A stretch of 64,000 bases of DNA, taken from assembly GCA_963750165.1 (NCBI GenBank), contig CAVVPN010000001.1, positions 288,001 through 352,000 of the forward strand, read 5' to 3'. Under the pieces are notes generated by a model. That model did no database searches and was not told the DNA's origin. It saw only the letters and a list, made by a program, of their open reading frames with translations. Source of the DNA: an uncultured Gemmataceae bacterium. Lineage in GTDB: Bacteria; Planctomycetota; Planctomycetia; Gemmatales; Gemmataceae. Below are positions 1 through 9,057 of this stretch, piece after piece. The position numbers and the translations under genes were made by a program. Within the stretch, counting starts at the first letter, position 1; each line of letters opens with the position of its first letter.

Positions 1-341
1 CTGGGGATTCCTAATGCCGCGCCCAACGGCGCCAATTCCGGCGAGGCGTTTGTGATCTTCGGGGCGAGCACCCCGTTCCCCAACAACGGCGTCATCACGC
101 CCAACTACTTAAACGGCACTACCGGCATCGTCATTCCCGGCGTCAATGCCGGTGACCTTTTCGGTTCGCAGATCGCCATCGGCGACATCAACAACGACAC
201 CAAGCCCGACCTCGCCATCTGCGCGCCGGCGCTTCGCCCAACGACGGGGTGGCCGGCGGCGGAGCGGGCGCGGGGTCGTGCTACGTCCTCTGGGGGCACG
301 CGAATCCCTGGGTTTCACCCCTCGATATCAGCGGGCTGTAA
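1..341 (+). CDS. C-terminal end of an FG-GAP (integrin-alpha-like) repeat protein; partial at window edge, apparent frameshift near 228
   Basis: LGIPNAAPNGANSGEAFVIFG and GDLFGSQIAIGDINNDTKPDLAICAP are FG-GAP repeats. After a frame change it continues GAGAGSCYVLWG...ISGL* (TAA 339-341). Confidence 0.8.
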
Positions 342-355
342 CGCGAACTTAGAGC

Positions 356-1810
356 GTACTTGATTAGCGGGTTCCCTGTGCGATTCTGTCGCTCTTGCTA
401 TTCTATCCGCGATGACTGGACCTTCCCCCAGCTATGAGGAACTGGTGCTGCTCGTACAGCAGCAGCACGGGCAGATCGAGGCGCTGACCGCCGAGGTCGC
501 GCGCCTTCGCACGGAACTCGAGGAGGCGCATCGCGCCTCCAAGCGTCAGGCCGCCCCTTTTCGCAAAGGGCCGCCCAAGCCCAACCCCAAGCGCTCCGGG
601 CGCAAAGCGGGCGACCAGCACGGCCCCCACGGCCATCGGCCCCCACCCGAGCAGATCGACGAGGTCCACGAAGCCTGTCTGCCCGGCGCCTGCCCGCATT
701 GCGCGGGGACCTGATCGAGACCGACCTGGCCCAGCAGTTCCAGACCGAGATCCCACGCCGGCCGATCCGCCGACAGTTCAACGTCCACATCGGCCAGTGT
801 CGAGGGTGTGGCCGCCGGGTCCAGGGCCGCCACCCGCTGCAGACCTCCGACGCCCTGGGGGCCGCCGCCAGCCAGGTCGGCCCCGACGCGCAAGCCGCCG
901 TGGTCGAGTTGAACAAGCAGGCGGGCCTGTCGCACGGCAAGGTCGCTGGCGTGCTGGGACGGCTGTTCGGCATCGACCTGACGCCGGGGGCCAGCACGCA
1001 GATCGTGCTGCGGGCGGCCGAACGCCTGGCGCCGGCCTACCAGGAGCTCCGAGCGGCGACGGCCGCCGCGGAGCGGTTGTCGGTGGACGAGACGGGCTGG
1101 CGGGTGGGCGGCGCGCCGGCCTGGCTGCACGCCTGGGTGAGTGAGCAGGCGACCTGCTATCAGGTGGACGAGCGGCGCAGCGCCAACGCGCTGGAGGGCG
1201 TGATCGGGATCGACTGGGACGGGGTGTTGGTCCACGACGGCTTCTCCTCGTACGGCCGCTTCACCGCGGCGCTGCACCAGCAGTGCGTGCCGCATTTGCT
1301 GCGCCGCGCACGGGAACTGCTGGAGGGCGCGACGCGCGGGGCGGTGCGCTTCCCGCGCCAGGTGATCGAGCTGTTCACGGGGGCGGTGCATCTGCGGAAC
1401 GAGTACCTGAAAGGCCGGGTGCCGCCGGCCGCGTGGGCGGCTGCGCGCGACGACTACGAACTGCGCCTGCTGCCCTTGCTGTGCGGCCGCCGCGTGGGGG
1501 CGAACCAGACGTTGGCGAATCATATCCATCGTCACTTCGAGGAGTGGTTCCTCTTCCTGACGGACGCGCGCGTGCCGTCGTCGAACTGGGAGGCGGAGCA
1601 GGCGATCCGCCCGGCGGTCGTGAATCGGAAGGTCTGGGGCGGGAACCGAACCGAGTCGGGGGCGCAGGCGCAGGGTGTCTTGAGTTCGGTGTTGCAGACG
1701 TGCAAGAAACAGGCGAAGGCCGCGCTGGACTTCGTCAGCCAAACCTTACGCGCGTTCGGCAACCGCTTGCTCCCTACCCCAGTGCTCATCGGAACCCGCT
1801 AATCAAGTAC
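356..1810 (+). mobile_element. IS66-family insertion sequence, single-ORF (ISBst12-like) type, 1455 bp
   Basis: Perfect 20-bp terminal IRs GTACTTGATTAGCGGGTTCC (356-375) and GGAACCCGCTAATCAAGTAC (1791-1810). Flanked by 9-bp direct repeat ACTTAGAGC (347-355, 1811-1819). Confidence 0.92.
412..1802 (+). CDS. IS66-family DDE transposase, split by an apparent 1-nt deletion at ~708
   Basis: N-terminal coiled coil and CPHC...CRGC zinc finger. Motifs VDETGWR, VHDGFSSY, HQQCVPHLLR, SNWEAEQAIR. ORFs 412-714 and 699-1802 join if one G is added to GCGGGGACC. Confidence 0.88.
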
Positions 1811-2043
1811 ACTTAGAGCATGGCTTGACAGTACAATAGAAAAGACTACGAGGACATCCCTCAAGTTATTGTCCAGGTCGGGCCGAATGCGTTCGCGGTG
1901 TGGAAACGCCTACTGGCGGGAGACCGGGCACGGCGAAAAGAAAAGAATCAATAATTGTTAAGTAATGACAGGAATGTTTAAGATTTAGTTAATAGAGATG
2001 GGGGCACTGAATAGCGCTAAACAAAGGAGGTTATTTAGCGTTA

Positions 2044-2180
2044 GTGGCTGTGCGAGAACGCAAAATCGGTGCGTATAATGGGTTATGAGAGACCAACCCT
2101 ACGACACCGACTTGACCGACGCCCAATACGCCTTGCTGGAGCCGCTGCTGCCGCGGCCCAAAGCCACCGGGCGGCCTCCC
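2044..2180 (+). pseudogene. IS5-family transposase N-terminal remnant
   Basis: MRDQPYDTDLTDAQYALLEPLLPRPKATGRPP resembles the IS5 N-terminus (Y.SDLTD.QW..I.PLLP....GRP). Similarity stops after ~32 codons. Confidence 0.75.
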
Positions 2181-2490
2181 CAACAGGCGACGGCCAGAGG
2201 ATTCCAGTGTTGCTGTACCATTCGTACCCGTCACGCTGACGGGCCGACCGGCCCTTCAAGGGCCGCTACGGCGGTCAAACGCATGAACCTGCGTGCGGAG
2301 AAGTGCGCACTTCCCTGGAGTGTTGCCCGGTGCGTAGGCGGCCCAAACAGCACAGCGCCATGATTAGCCGTAACATCAAACCAGGGCATGACTTACGTCA
2401 ACGATGAAGAAGTGGCCAAAGCAGCGTAAGTCCTGTAACAGCAATCATTTACGGACAACGTGACGCTGGGCTGCTGGCGCACTTCCGCTT

Positions 2491-2522
2491 TAGTCCATTT
2501 TGGACTATTCCAAGGTGGACTT
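2491..2522 (+). promoter_or_regulatory. Tandem palindromic operator upstream of the XRE gene
   Basis: Perfect TAGTCCA-TTT-TGGACTA (2491-2507). A degenerate TATTCCA-AGG-TGGACTT (2506-2522) starts 15 bp later. Confidence 0.6.
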
Positions 2523-2554
2523 TATCATCCGGCATTGCGAAAGGCAATGCTCGG

Positions 2555-2875
2555 ATGGAAAAATCCATTTACACCGACGTGTACGCCATGGTGCTGCGGT
2601 TGCTCAAGGAAGCGCGGGAGAGGGCGGGCATCACCCAGGTCGATCTGGCGAAGCGGCTGGAACTGACCCAGTCATTTGTCAGCAAAATCGAACGCGGAGA
2701 CCGGCGGCTCGATATTGTGCAGTTGCGGACGCTCTGCCAGGTGTATGGCATGACGCTCGTGGATTTCGCCAAGCGGCTTGAGGATGAGATGAAGGAAAAG
2801 CAGCAGGACGTGCCAACACCGGCAGAATCCCGACCAGAGACGCCTCAGCCTGGCTTCGGATCGGCAGAATCCTGA
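2555..2875 (+). CDS. XRE-family helix-turn-helix regulator (controller-protein-like)
   Basis: LKEARERAGITQVDLAKRLELTQSFVSKIERGDRRLDI is an HTH_3 pattern. Confidence 0.9.
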   Translation: MEKSIYTDVYAMVLRLLKEARERAGITQVDLAKRLELTQSFVSKIERGDRRLDIVQLRTLCQVYGMTLVDFAKRLEDEMKEKQQDVPTPAESRPETPQPGFGSAES

Positions 2876-2951
2876 TTGGTCTGTCCAGGATCTGACCGAG
2901 GCTGAACTGTCTGAAGCCGACCTCAGGGGTGCTGACCTTGGCGCTGCTGTT

Positions 2952-4481
2952 TTGCGCGGAACTACCTTGACAAGCGTAAATCTGCGCGATGCCGATCTGA
3001 ATTGGTTGATCAAAAGGCTGTTGGTGATGAGGAACGCCGTGGACGCTGAACGAAAACGATATACACCCGATGAATTGAAGGAATTCCTGCGGTTGCATGG
3101 GATGTGGTTGCGGGGAGAAGAAGGGGGGAAGTGCGCCGATCTGAGTAATGCCTGTCTGCCTGGCGTTGATTTGCATGGTGCTGATCTGACCGAGGCTGAA
3201 TTGTCTGGCGCCGATCTCTCTTTCGCTAGGCTGTGCGATACTATTATGTGCCGGGCAAATTTGATCGGTGCCAACCTGGAGTGTGCTAATTTATCTAATG
3301 CCAACCTATCTACAACTAATCTTACCGCCGCCAACCTGAGCTTAACCAATCTGTCCGATGCCAAGTTGCCAGGCGCCATCCTGCGCTCAACTATCCTAAA
3401 CGAAGCTCACTTAGAAAGAGCCAACCTGGCTGCTGCTAATCTGCGCTCATCTAGTCTGACAGATGTTTTGCTAAGAGATGCTAACCTGACCGATGCCGAT
3501 CTGCGCAACACAGACCTGCGTGGCGCCGACTTTTCCGACGCCACCCTAACCTGTGCAGATCTGGAAGGTGCTAAATTGGCCGGTGCCTACCTGCGCTCAG
3601 CCAAACTGTATGGTACCAAACTTTATGGTGCTAAACTTACTGGTTTCGATTTGAGCGAATCCAACCTGTGCTTAGCCGTCCTTGTTGAGGCCGACTTAAG
3701 TGGTGCTGATCTGCGCGATGCCGATCTACGTGATGCTAGGTTAATGAATGCCCGACTCTCAAATACCAACTTGACCGATGCAGACCTACGTGGCGCCAAC
3801 CTGTTTTCGGCCGACCTCTCAAATGCCAACTTGACTAATAGTGATTTACGTGGCGCCAACCTGTTTTCGGCCGACCTCTCAAATGCCAACTTGACTAATA
3901 GTGATTTACGTGGTGCCAACCTATGGTGTGCAGATCTGTCAAATGCCAAACTGGCCAGAACTGACCTGCGTGGCGCTATATTTCCGCCGGAATTCCAACT
4001 ACCACACCATGATGACCAAAGCGGAAACGCCCAATCCGATGTGGTAAGTCAGACATCGCAGAATCCTCGACCATCCGCCTCACAATCTGATATTGTCCCC
4101 GATTCCCTAAAAGGCCACCGATTCAATCTGCGGCAGCGCCTTCGTCTGCAATTGATGGCCCAAGTCTGTACTTCGCCAAACTATAAAGATCTCACGCAAA
4201 ACCAACTGCTTGCGCAGATCACATCGTTGGCAAGAGAGTTGTTTCGCAAGGGCAAGTTTTCCAGCGCAGAAGAGGCAGAGGCCCTCGACCAACTGTCGCG
4301 GGAACAATACCAAACATTTCAAAATGCCTTAAAGACACTAGAAAAAATATGGAATATTTCAGCTGTTTTCGATAAGAAAGCTGGTAAGCCCAGCAACGCT
4401 ACCTACTTGACGGAGGAAGGTCGCGATTGCTTTACGGCATGGTGGGAGGAGTTCAATTCGTCAAAGGAAAATGGACAATAG
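2952..4481 (+). CDS. Pentapeptide-repeat protein with C-terminal winged-helix-like domain; true start uncertain
   Basis: Long A(D/N)Lxx runs. The frame is open back to 2793 and already encodes pentapeptides (DLTEAELSEADLRGADL) before the TTG at 2952. Confidence 0.88.
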   Translation: MRGTTLTSVNLRDADLNWLIKRLLVMRNAVDAERKRYTPDELKEFLRLHGMWLRGEEGGKCADLSNACLPGVDLHGADLTEAELSGADLSFARLCDTIMCRANLIGANLECANLSNANLSTTNLTAANLSLTNLSDAKLPGAILRSTILNEAHLERANLAAANLRSSSLTDVLLRDANLTDADLRNTDLRGADFSDATLTCADLEGAKLAGAYLRSAKLYGTKLYGAKLTGFDLSESNLCLAVLVEADLSGADLRDADLRDARLMNARLSNTNLTDADLRGANLFSADLSNANLTNSDLRGANLFSADLSNANLTNSDLRGANLWCADLSNAKLARTDLRGAIFPPEFQLPHHDDQSGNAQSDVVSQTSQNPRPSASQSDIVPDSLKGHRFNLRQRLRLQLMAQVCTSPNYKDLTQNQLLAQITSLARELFRKGKFSSAEEAEALDQLSREQYQTFQNALKTLEKIWNISAVFDKKAGKPSNATYLTEEGRDCFTAWWEEFNSSKENGQ

Positions 4482-4500
4482 TTGACACTTCCAAGTAAAA

Positions 4501-4914
4501 ATGACAAGGTGCGGCATACCTGCGATAATAGTTGCACCAACAATGACTGATCTTGAACCTCAAATTGATTTCTCACGCCTTAATTACCCCACCGACGCCC
4601 TGACCATAGGCGCTATCCGAAAGCGATTCCCTCCCTACTTTAAAGGCTTGGAACCCAATTGCTTTAGTGATAGTAACGAAGATATGGCCGCCTTACTCCA
4701 CGGTGAGCGAATCCTGGCCCAGTGGGCATTCGATGAGGCTCTTGGGAAGCCGACTTCGTCAAAATCCCAATGGCATAATCAAAAACTAGCGTTGGAGATT
4801 ACCTATCCCGACATAGGAATTGCGACAGGTCCCCAGCATGCGCAGCAACTTGTCCGCGATCTTATAGAAGCTGCCGCCGCTCAAGCCAGAGAGCATCTTG
4901 GCAAAGGGAGATGA
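4501..4914 (+). CDS. Hypothetical protein
   Basis: 137-aa ORF directly after the pentapeptide gene with the same AT-richer composition. No recognised motif. Confidence 0.5.
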   Translation: MTRCGIPAIIVAPTMTDLEPQIDFSRLNYPTDALTIGAIRKRFPPYFKGLEPNCFSDSNEDMAALLHGERILAQWAFDEALGKPTSSKSQWHNQKLALEITYPDIGIATGPQHAQQLVRDLIEAAAAQAREHLGKGR

Positions 4915-5008
4915 CCTCGCTCACCTTTCGCTGTACATTTGTGATTCCAAGTTCTTGTTTCCGAAATTGGAATTCTCCCCCAAAAACGTTACGGTAGACT
5001 GACATTAG

Positions 5009-5039
5009 AAAAAAAGCCGTCCTGTTGACGCAGGACGGC
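5009..5039 (-). terminator. Rho-independent terminator on the minus strand
   Basis: 9-bp stem GCCGTCCTG/CAGGACGGC with a 6-nt loop, preceded by A7 on the plus strand (U-tract on the minus strand). Confidence 0.6.
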
Positions 5040-5282
5040 CGGTTGCCCTGCCCGGAGGCAAGGCGGTTGACCTGCCGCTAACCTTACGCCCGGCTTACCT
5101 CCACGTCAAGGCAACCTCCCAGAAAACCCGGTGCAACCCGGGGAACGTCCCCCTGCGCCCTTGCCGACCATGCTCCCTTAGGTCGGCTGCGTCGAAGATG
5201 CGCTTTCGCCCGTAATCAGTTAGTTCAACAACCAGGACCGTTAACATCCTGTTTTTCCACGGCTTCACCGGAGAATTTCCTT

Positions 5283-6098
5283 ATGTCGCAAGCAAACCTG
5301 CCCGACGAACTTCGCACGGTCCCGCTCCACCGCTTCCTGCCACCGGTCAACGACCGCGAAGACCGGGACGAGCCGTTGATGCAGCGGCTGACCGAATCGA
5401 TCGCCAAGGACGGCTTCCTGCAGCCCATCCGCTGCGTGGAGGAGACGGTCGAAGGCCAGGTAGCGTATCGCGTCGTGACCGGCTGGACCCGGGTGCTCTG
5501 CGGCCGGCGGGCCGGCAAAACGCAGGCCCCGGCCATTGTCATCCGGCGGGCGCTTTCGGAGACGGACGATCTGCTGCAGAAACTGTCGGAGAACGACCTC
5601 CGCGGGGCGACCAGCGTGCGCGACCGCATCCGCTGGTATTACCGCCTGCTGGAGCTGAACCCCGAATGGAACCAGCTTGACCTGGCCAAGGCCGTGCATT
5701 CAAGCCCGGCCGAGGTGAGCAAGACGCTCGCGATTTCCAAGCGCCTGCCGCAGGAACTGCTGGAGAAAATCGGCAATGAGCCCGGCGAGTTGAGCCCGCG
5801 GGCCGCCTACGGCCTGAGCAAGCTGGAGGAGCCGGCCAAGATCCTGGAGTTGGCCGACCGTGTGATGAAAGGACTCATCAAGGCCGAGGCGGTCGAGGTG
5901 GAAGTCGCCAAGCTTTGCCGCAAGGGGAAACACAAGGAGAAAGCGGTCAAAGTTTCGATGCACGGGGTCACCTTCATCATCGGCGTGCATGATCTGCAAA
6001 AGGTGTTCGGGGTGTTCGCGCTGGTGGACGGGGCGCTGAAAAAGCTTGAGAAGCATGGCCTACCGCTTGCCGCGCTGCCTTCACTGCTTCGAGGCTAA
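5283..6098 (+). CDS. ParB/Spo0J-like protein (ParB N-terminal domain + HTH)
   Basis: LTESIAKDGFLQPI...YRVVTGWTRV...SENDLR, followed by HTH NQLDLAKAVHSSPAEVSKTL. Confidence 0.85.
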   Translation: MSQANLPDELRTVPLHRFLPPVNDREDRDEPLMQRLTESIAKDGFLQPIRCVEETVEGQVAYRVVTGWTRVLCGRRAGKTQAPAIVIRRALSETDDLLQKLSENDLRGATSVRDRIRWYYRLLELNPEWNQLDLAKAVHSSPAEVSKTLAISKRLPQELLEKIGNEPGELSPRAAYGLSKLEEPAKILELADRVMKGLIKAEAVEVEVAKLCRKGKHKEKAVKVSMHGVTFIIGVHDLQKVFGVFALVDGALKKLEKHGLPLAALPSLLRG

Positions 6099-6222
6099 AC
6101 GCCGCAGCAACTGGATTTCCCGGTGAATTTTGCTGCTCTGAGCCGGGCGCTCGCGTCGGGCGCCCGGCAGTGAATCCCGCTCCACCTGGCGGGAACTGTA
6201 ACTCGCATCAAGGCGGTGTGTC

Positions 6223-6417
6223 ATGAATAACCGACTGGTCAGCGATTGCGCCCGCATGATGGGCAAGGCGCTACTCGACCTCATCGCCCATAACTACAGG
6301 CCGGAAGAACACCATGACATATGGGAAGCGTTTACAGAAGTGTGCAGGGCGGGGATCGAGGCGTACGAGATTCAATCACGGCGTTTGGAACAGCGGCTTC
6401 AGCCGGGCATCAACTAA
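6223..6417 (+). CDS. Small hypothetical protein
   Basis: 64-aa ORF between the parB-like and virD4-like genes. Its stop abuts the RBS (AAGGAG) of the next gene. Confidence 0.6.
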   Translation: MNNRLVSDCARMMGKALLDLIAHNYRPEEHHDIWEAFTEVCRAGIEAYEIQSRRLEQRLQPGIN

Positions 6418-6428
6418 GGAGCATCGAC

Positions 6429-8258
6429 ATGTACTTACTGATAAGGCTGATGCTGATTGCCGCCTTGGGCCTGACGGCTTACAGCGTCATCCTGTTCTGC
6501 CTCATGGGCGGCGTTTGGTGCTGGGTGGCGCTCGGGGTGCTGCTGCTGCTCGTGGCGCTGAAATCGAAAGGCAAAGTGCTTTGGGCCTATGGGACGGCGG
6601 CCTGTGCCACGGAGGGAGACCTGCGCTGGGCCGGGATGCTTGCGGCAAAGCGGGGGCTGATTCTGGGGCGGCTGGTCGGCGGCCGCGCCTTGACCTTTTT
6701 CGAGCGCGTCAGGGTGTTGCTGAGCAGAAGGATTCCGGCCAGGGACGCCTGCGAGCAGTTCCTGGGCCCGGCAAAGCGGAAGGATGGCGGGCCCCTGGTA
6801 CGACTGCCGAATGCTGTACACACCGCCGTATTTGCCCCTACGGGGGTAGGAAAAGGTGTTTCCTTCGTGGTCCCGTTCCTCCTTACCTGCGAGGAATCCT
6901 GCGTCGTGGTGGACTTCAAGGGCGAACTGGCAAGTCTCACGGCCGGCGCCAGGCGGCGCATGGGTCATGACATCGTGATCCTCGATCCGTTCGGAAGTTG
7001 TGCGAAGACAACAATGCCCTTCAAACCGTCAACCTTCAACCCCCTGGATTTTATTGACAAGGACTCTCCGGCCGCCATCGACGACTGCAACGCCCTGGCG
7101 CAGTCCCTGGTTGTTCGGACCGGCGAGGAGAAGGAGCCGCACTGGCTCGACGCGGCCGAGTCGTGGATCGCGGGCATGACGGCGACGGCCGTGCAGTACG
7201 GGCGGCCAGACAAGGGTACGCGCTCGTTGCAGACCGTCCGGGACATGCTGGCCGACCCGCAAAAGCTGGAGACGGCGGTCAAGCTGATGTGCGAGTCGGA
7301 CGCGTGGGGCGGAATGCTTGCCCGTATGGGCAGGCAGCTCACGCATTTCGTGGACAAGGAGAAATCCTCGACGCTCACTTCCACGGGGCGTTTCCTCCGC
7401 TTCCTCGATACTCCGGCCGTGGCGGCCATCACCAAAGCGAGCAGCTTCGACCCGGCAACGCTTCGGGTGGGCAAAATGACGGTTTTTCTTGTCCTTCCTC
7501 CCTCCTACATGCATTCGCATGCCGCACTGCTCAGGATGTGGATCGTGTCCCTGCTGCGGGCTGTCGTCCAGGGAGGGCTGCACAGCAACCGCTGCGTTCA
7601 CTGCGTCCTGGATGAGGCCAGTTCGCTGGGACACCTTCAGGTTGTCGAGGACATGCTGGCCATCGGCCGCGGCTACTCCGTGCGGCTCCAGTTTTACTTT
7701 CAGTCGGTCGGCCAACTTAAAAAATGCTTCCCGCAGGGCCAGGAACAAACCCTGATGTCCAACGTGACGCAGGTGTTTTTCGGGGTGAACGACAAGGATA
7801 CAGCGGAGTATGTCAGCGCCCGTCTCGGGGAGCAAACCATCGTCGTGGAGAGCGGCGGCAGCAGCCGGGGGCAATCCGGGCAACTCTTCGGCAAGGGCGG
7901 CGTTACCCAATCGACGAACAGCAACCGAAACTGGCAGCAGGTGGGTCGCAAGCTCCTGAAGCCCGAAGAAGTGCTCGCGCTCTCGCCGCGGGTCGCCATC
8001 ACCTTTGCCCCTGGAATACGGCCGATCTGCACGCAACTGCTGCGCTATTACGAAGAGAAGAAATCGCTGTGGAAACAGCGCGGGCGGCTGCACGGCATCG
8101 TGGCGTGCTGCCAATCGTTTTTCAAGGCAACCGTGCTTCTGTTGGCGGCGGGGCTTGTTGCCTTCGCGGCAACGAAGCTGAAAGGAGGGTTCGATGTCAG
8201 AACTGGCGGACAAGCTGTTCAACACCGTCAAGGAGAGCCTCAGCAACGCGCCCGCTGA
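6429..8258 (+). CDS. VirD4/TraG-family type IV coupling protein
   Basis: Two N-terminal TM helices, Walker A APTGVGKG, VVVDFKGE, FNPLD, Walker B VLDEASSLG, TAEYVSARLG, RKLLKPEEV. ATG at 6429 has an RBS. Confidence 0.92.
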   Translation: MYLLIRLMLIAALGLTAYSVILFCLMGGVWCWVALGVLLLLVALKSKGKVLWAYGTAACATEGDLRWAGMLAAKRGLILGRLVGGRALTFFERVRVLLSRRIPARDACEQFLGPAKRKDGGPLVRLPNAVHTAVFAPTGVGKGVSFVVPFLLTCEESCVVVDFKGELASLTAGARRRMGHDIVILDPFGSCAKTTMPFKPSTFNPLDFIDKDSPAAIDDCNALAQSLVVRTGEEKEPHWLDAAESWIAGMTATAVQYGRPDKGTRSLQTVRDMLADPQKLETAVKLMCESDAWGGMLARMGRQLTHFVDKEKSSTLTSTGRFLRFLDTPAVAAITKASSFDPATLRVGKMTVFLVLPPSYMHSHAALLRMWIVSLLRAVVQGGLHSNRCVHCVLDEASSLGHLQVVEDMLAIGRGYSVRLQFYFQSVGQLKKCFPQGQEQTLMSNVTQVFFGVNDKDTAEYVSARLGEQTIVVESGGSSRGQSGQLFGKGGVTQSTNSNRNWQQVGRKLLKPEEVLALSPRVAITFAPGIRPICTQLLRYYEEKKSLWKQRGRLHGIVACCQSFFKATVLLLAAGLVAFAATKLKGGFDVRTGGQAVQHRQGEPQQRAR

Positions 8259-8445
8259 AATCGGGGCGGAGCTGAAGCACCAGGTCGGGGCGGGCGCGCA
8301 CGAACTTGCCGCCGCACTGTTCAATGGTTCAGCATTTGTCATGTACCCGCGGGCGGGGGTGGAGGACCTGGCGCAGGCGCCCGACCATGGGCTGGACAAC
8401 CAAGCAATCGAGCCGCCCAAGCAACAACAGGGAATGAGCATGTGA
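8194..8445 (+). CDS. Small hypothetical protein ending QQQGMSM
   Basis: RBS AAAGGAGG before the ATG. Overlaps the end of the virD4-like ORF. Confidence 0.65.
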   Translation: MSELADKLFNTVKESLSNAPAEIGAELKHQVGAGAHELAAALFNGSAFVMYPRAGVEDLAQAPDHGLDNQAIEPPKQQQGMSM

Positions 8446-8507
8446 AATCCTCCCGGCGGCCGGGCTGCTCGTTGCCGCCCGGTTGCCGGGAAAATGGAGA
8501 TGCAAGC

Positions 8508-8987
8508 ATGTTTATGGGATTCAAGCTCACTCACATCAAGTGGGCGTTCTTCGGCGTGATCGGGCTTTCGCTGCTGATTAATCTCTCGTCGTTCTCACTG
8601 CCGAGCTTGACGCCGCCAACTGCTCCGCCACCGGAGGAAGCCCCGGAGGTGAAACAGGCTGCCAAACCTTCGGTTCGCGCGGCGCCCGTGGAAGTAAGAC
8701 CTGTCCAGCAGGCGAACTTCGTGGGTGATGACCAGGTGAATATCCTGGGCCGCTGGGTCAATCCGCTCACAAACGCGGCGTACCTTGAGTTCCGTGAAGA
8801 CGGGACGTTCAGGGACGTTGCGATCCTTGAGAGCACGGAGGGCAAGTACCGTTTCATCGACCACCAAACTATGGAAATGACCTCCCCCGGGCAACTTTAC
8901 GGGGTGGACGCGATTCTTGTGAAATACAGGATTAACGGCGACACGCTTGAGTTGCTCGACAGGGTGAAATACCGCAGGGCGAAGTAA
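8508..8987 (+). CDS. Membrane-anchored hypothetical protein with small beta-rich domain
   Basis: N-terminal hydrophobic segment, Pro-rich linker, ILGRW...LEFREDGTF...GKYRF pattern. Confidence 0.65.
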   Translation: MFMGFKLTHIKWAFFGVIGLSLLINLSSFSLPSLTPPTAPPPEEAPEVKQAAKPSVRAAPVEVRPVQQANFVGDDQVNILGRWVNPLTNAAYLEFREDGTFRDVAILESTEGKYRFIDHQTMEMTSPGQLYGVDAILVKYRINGDTLELLDRVKYRRAK

Positions 8988-9057
8988 CGACATGTGAATT
9001 ATGTCCGGCAACCGGCCGGTTTGTTGCCGCTCGGTTGCCGGAGATCAGGAGAGCGTC

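Noticed and set aside
699..714. Programmed frameshift in the IS66 transposase
   Set aside because: No A-rich slippery heptamer. It matches the window-wide pattern of one base missing from a G/C run.
1811..2460. Second att site (duplicate of the tRNA-Leu 3' end)
   Set aside because: I found no convincing copy of TGCCGGAGACAGGACTTGAAC by eye. GCGGGAGACCGG near 1916 is too weak.
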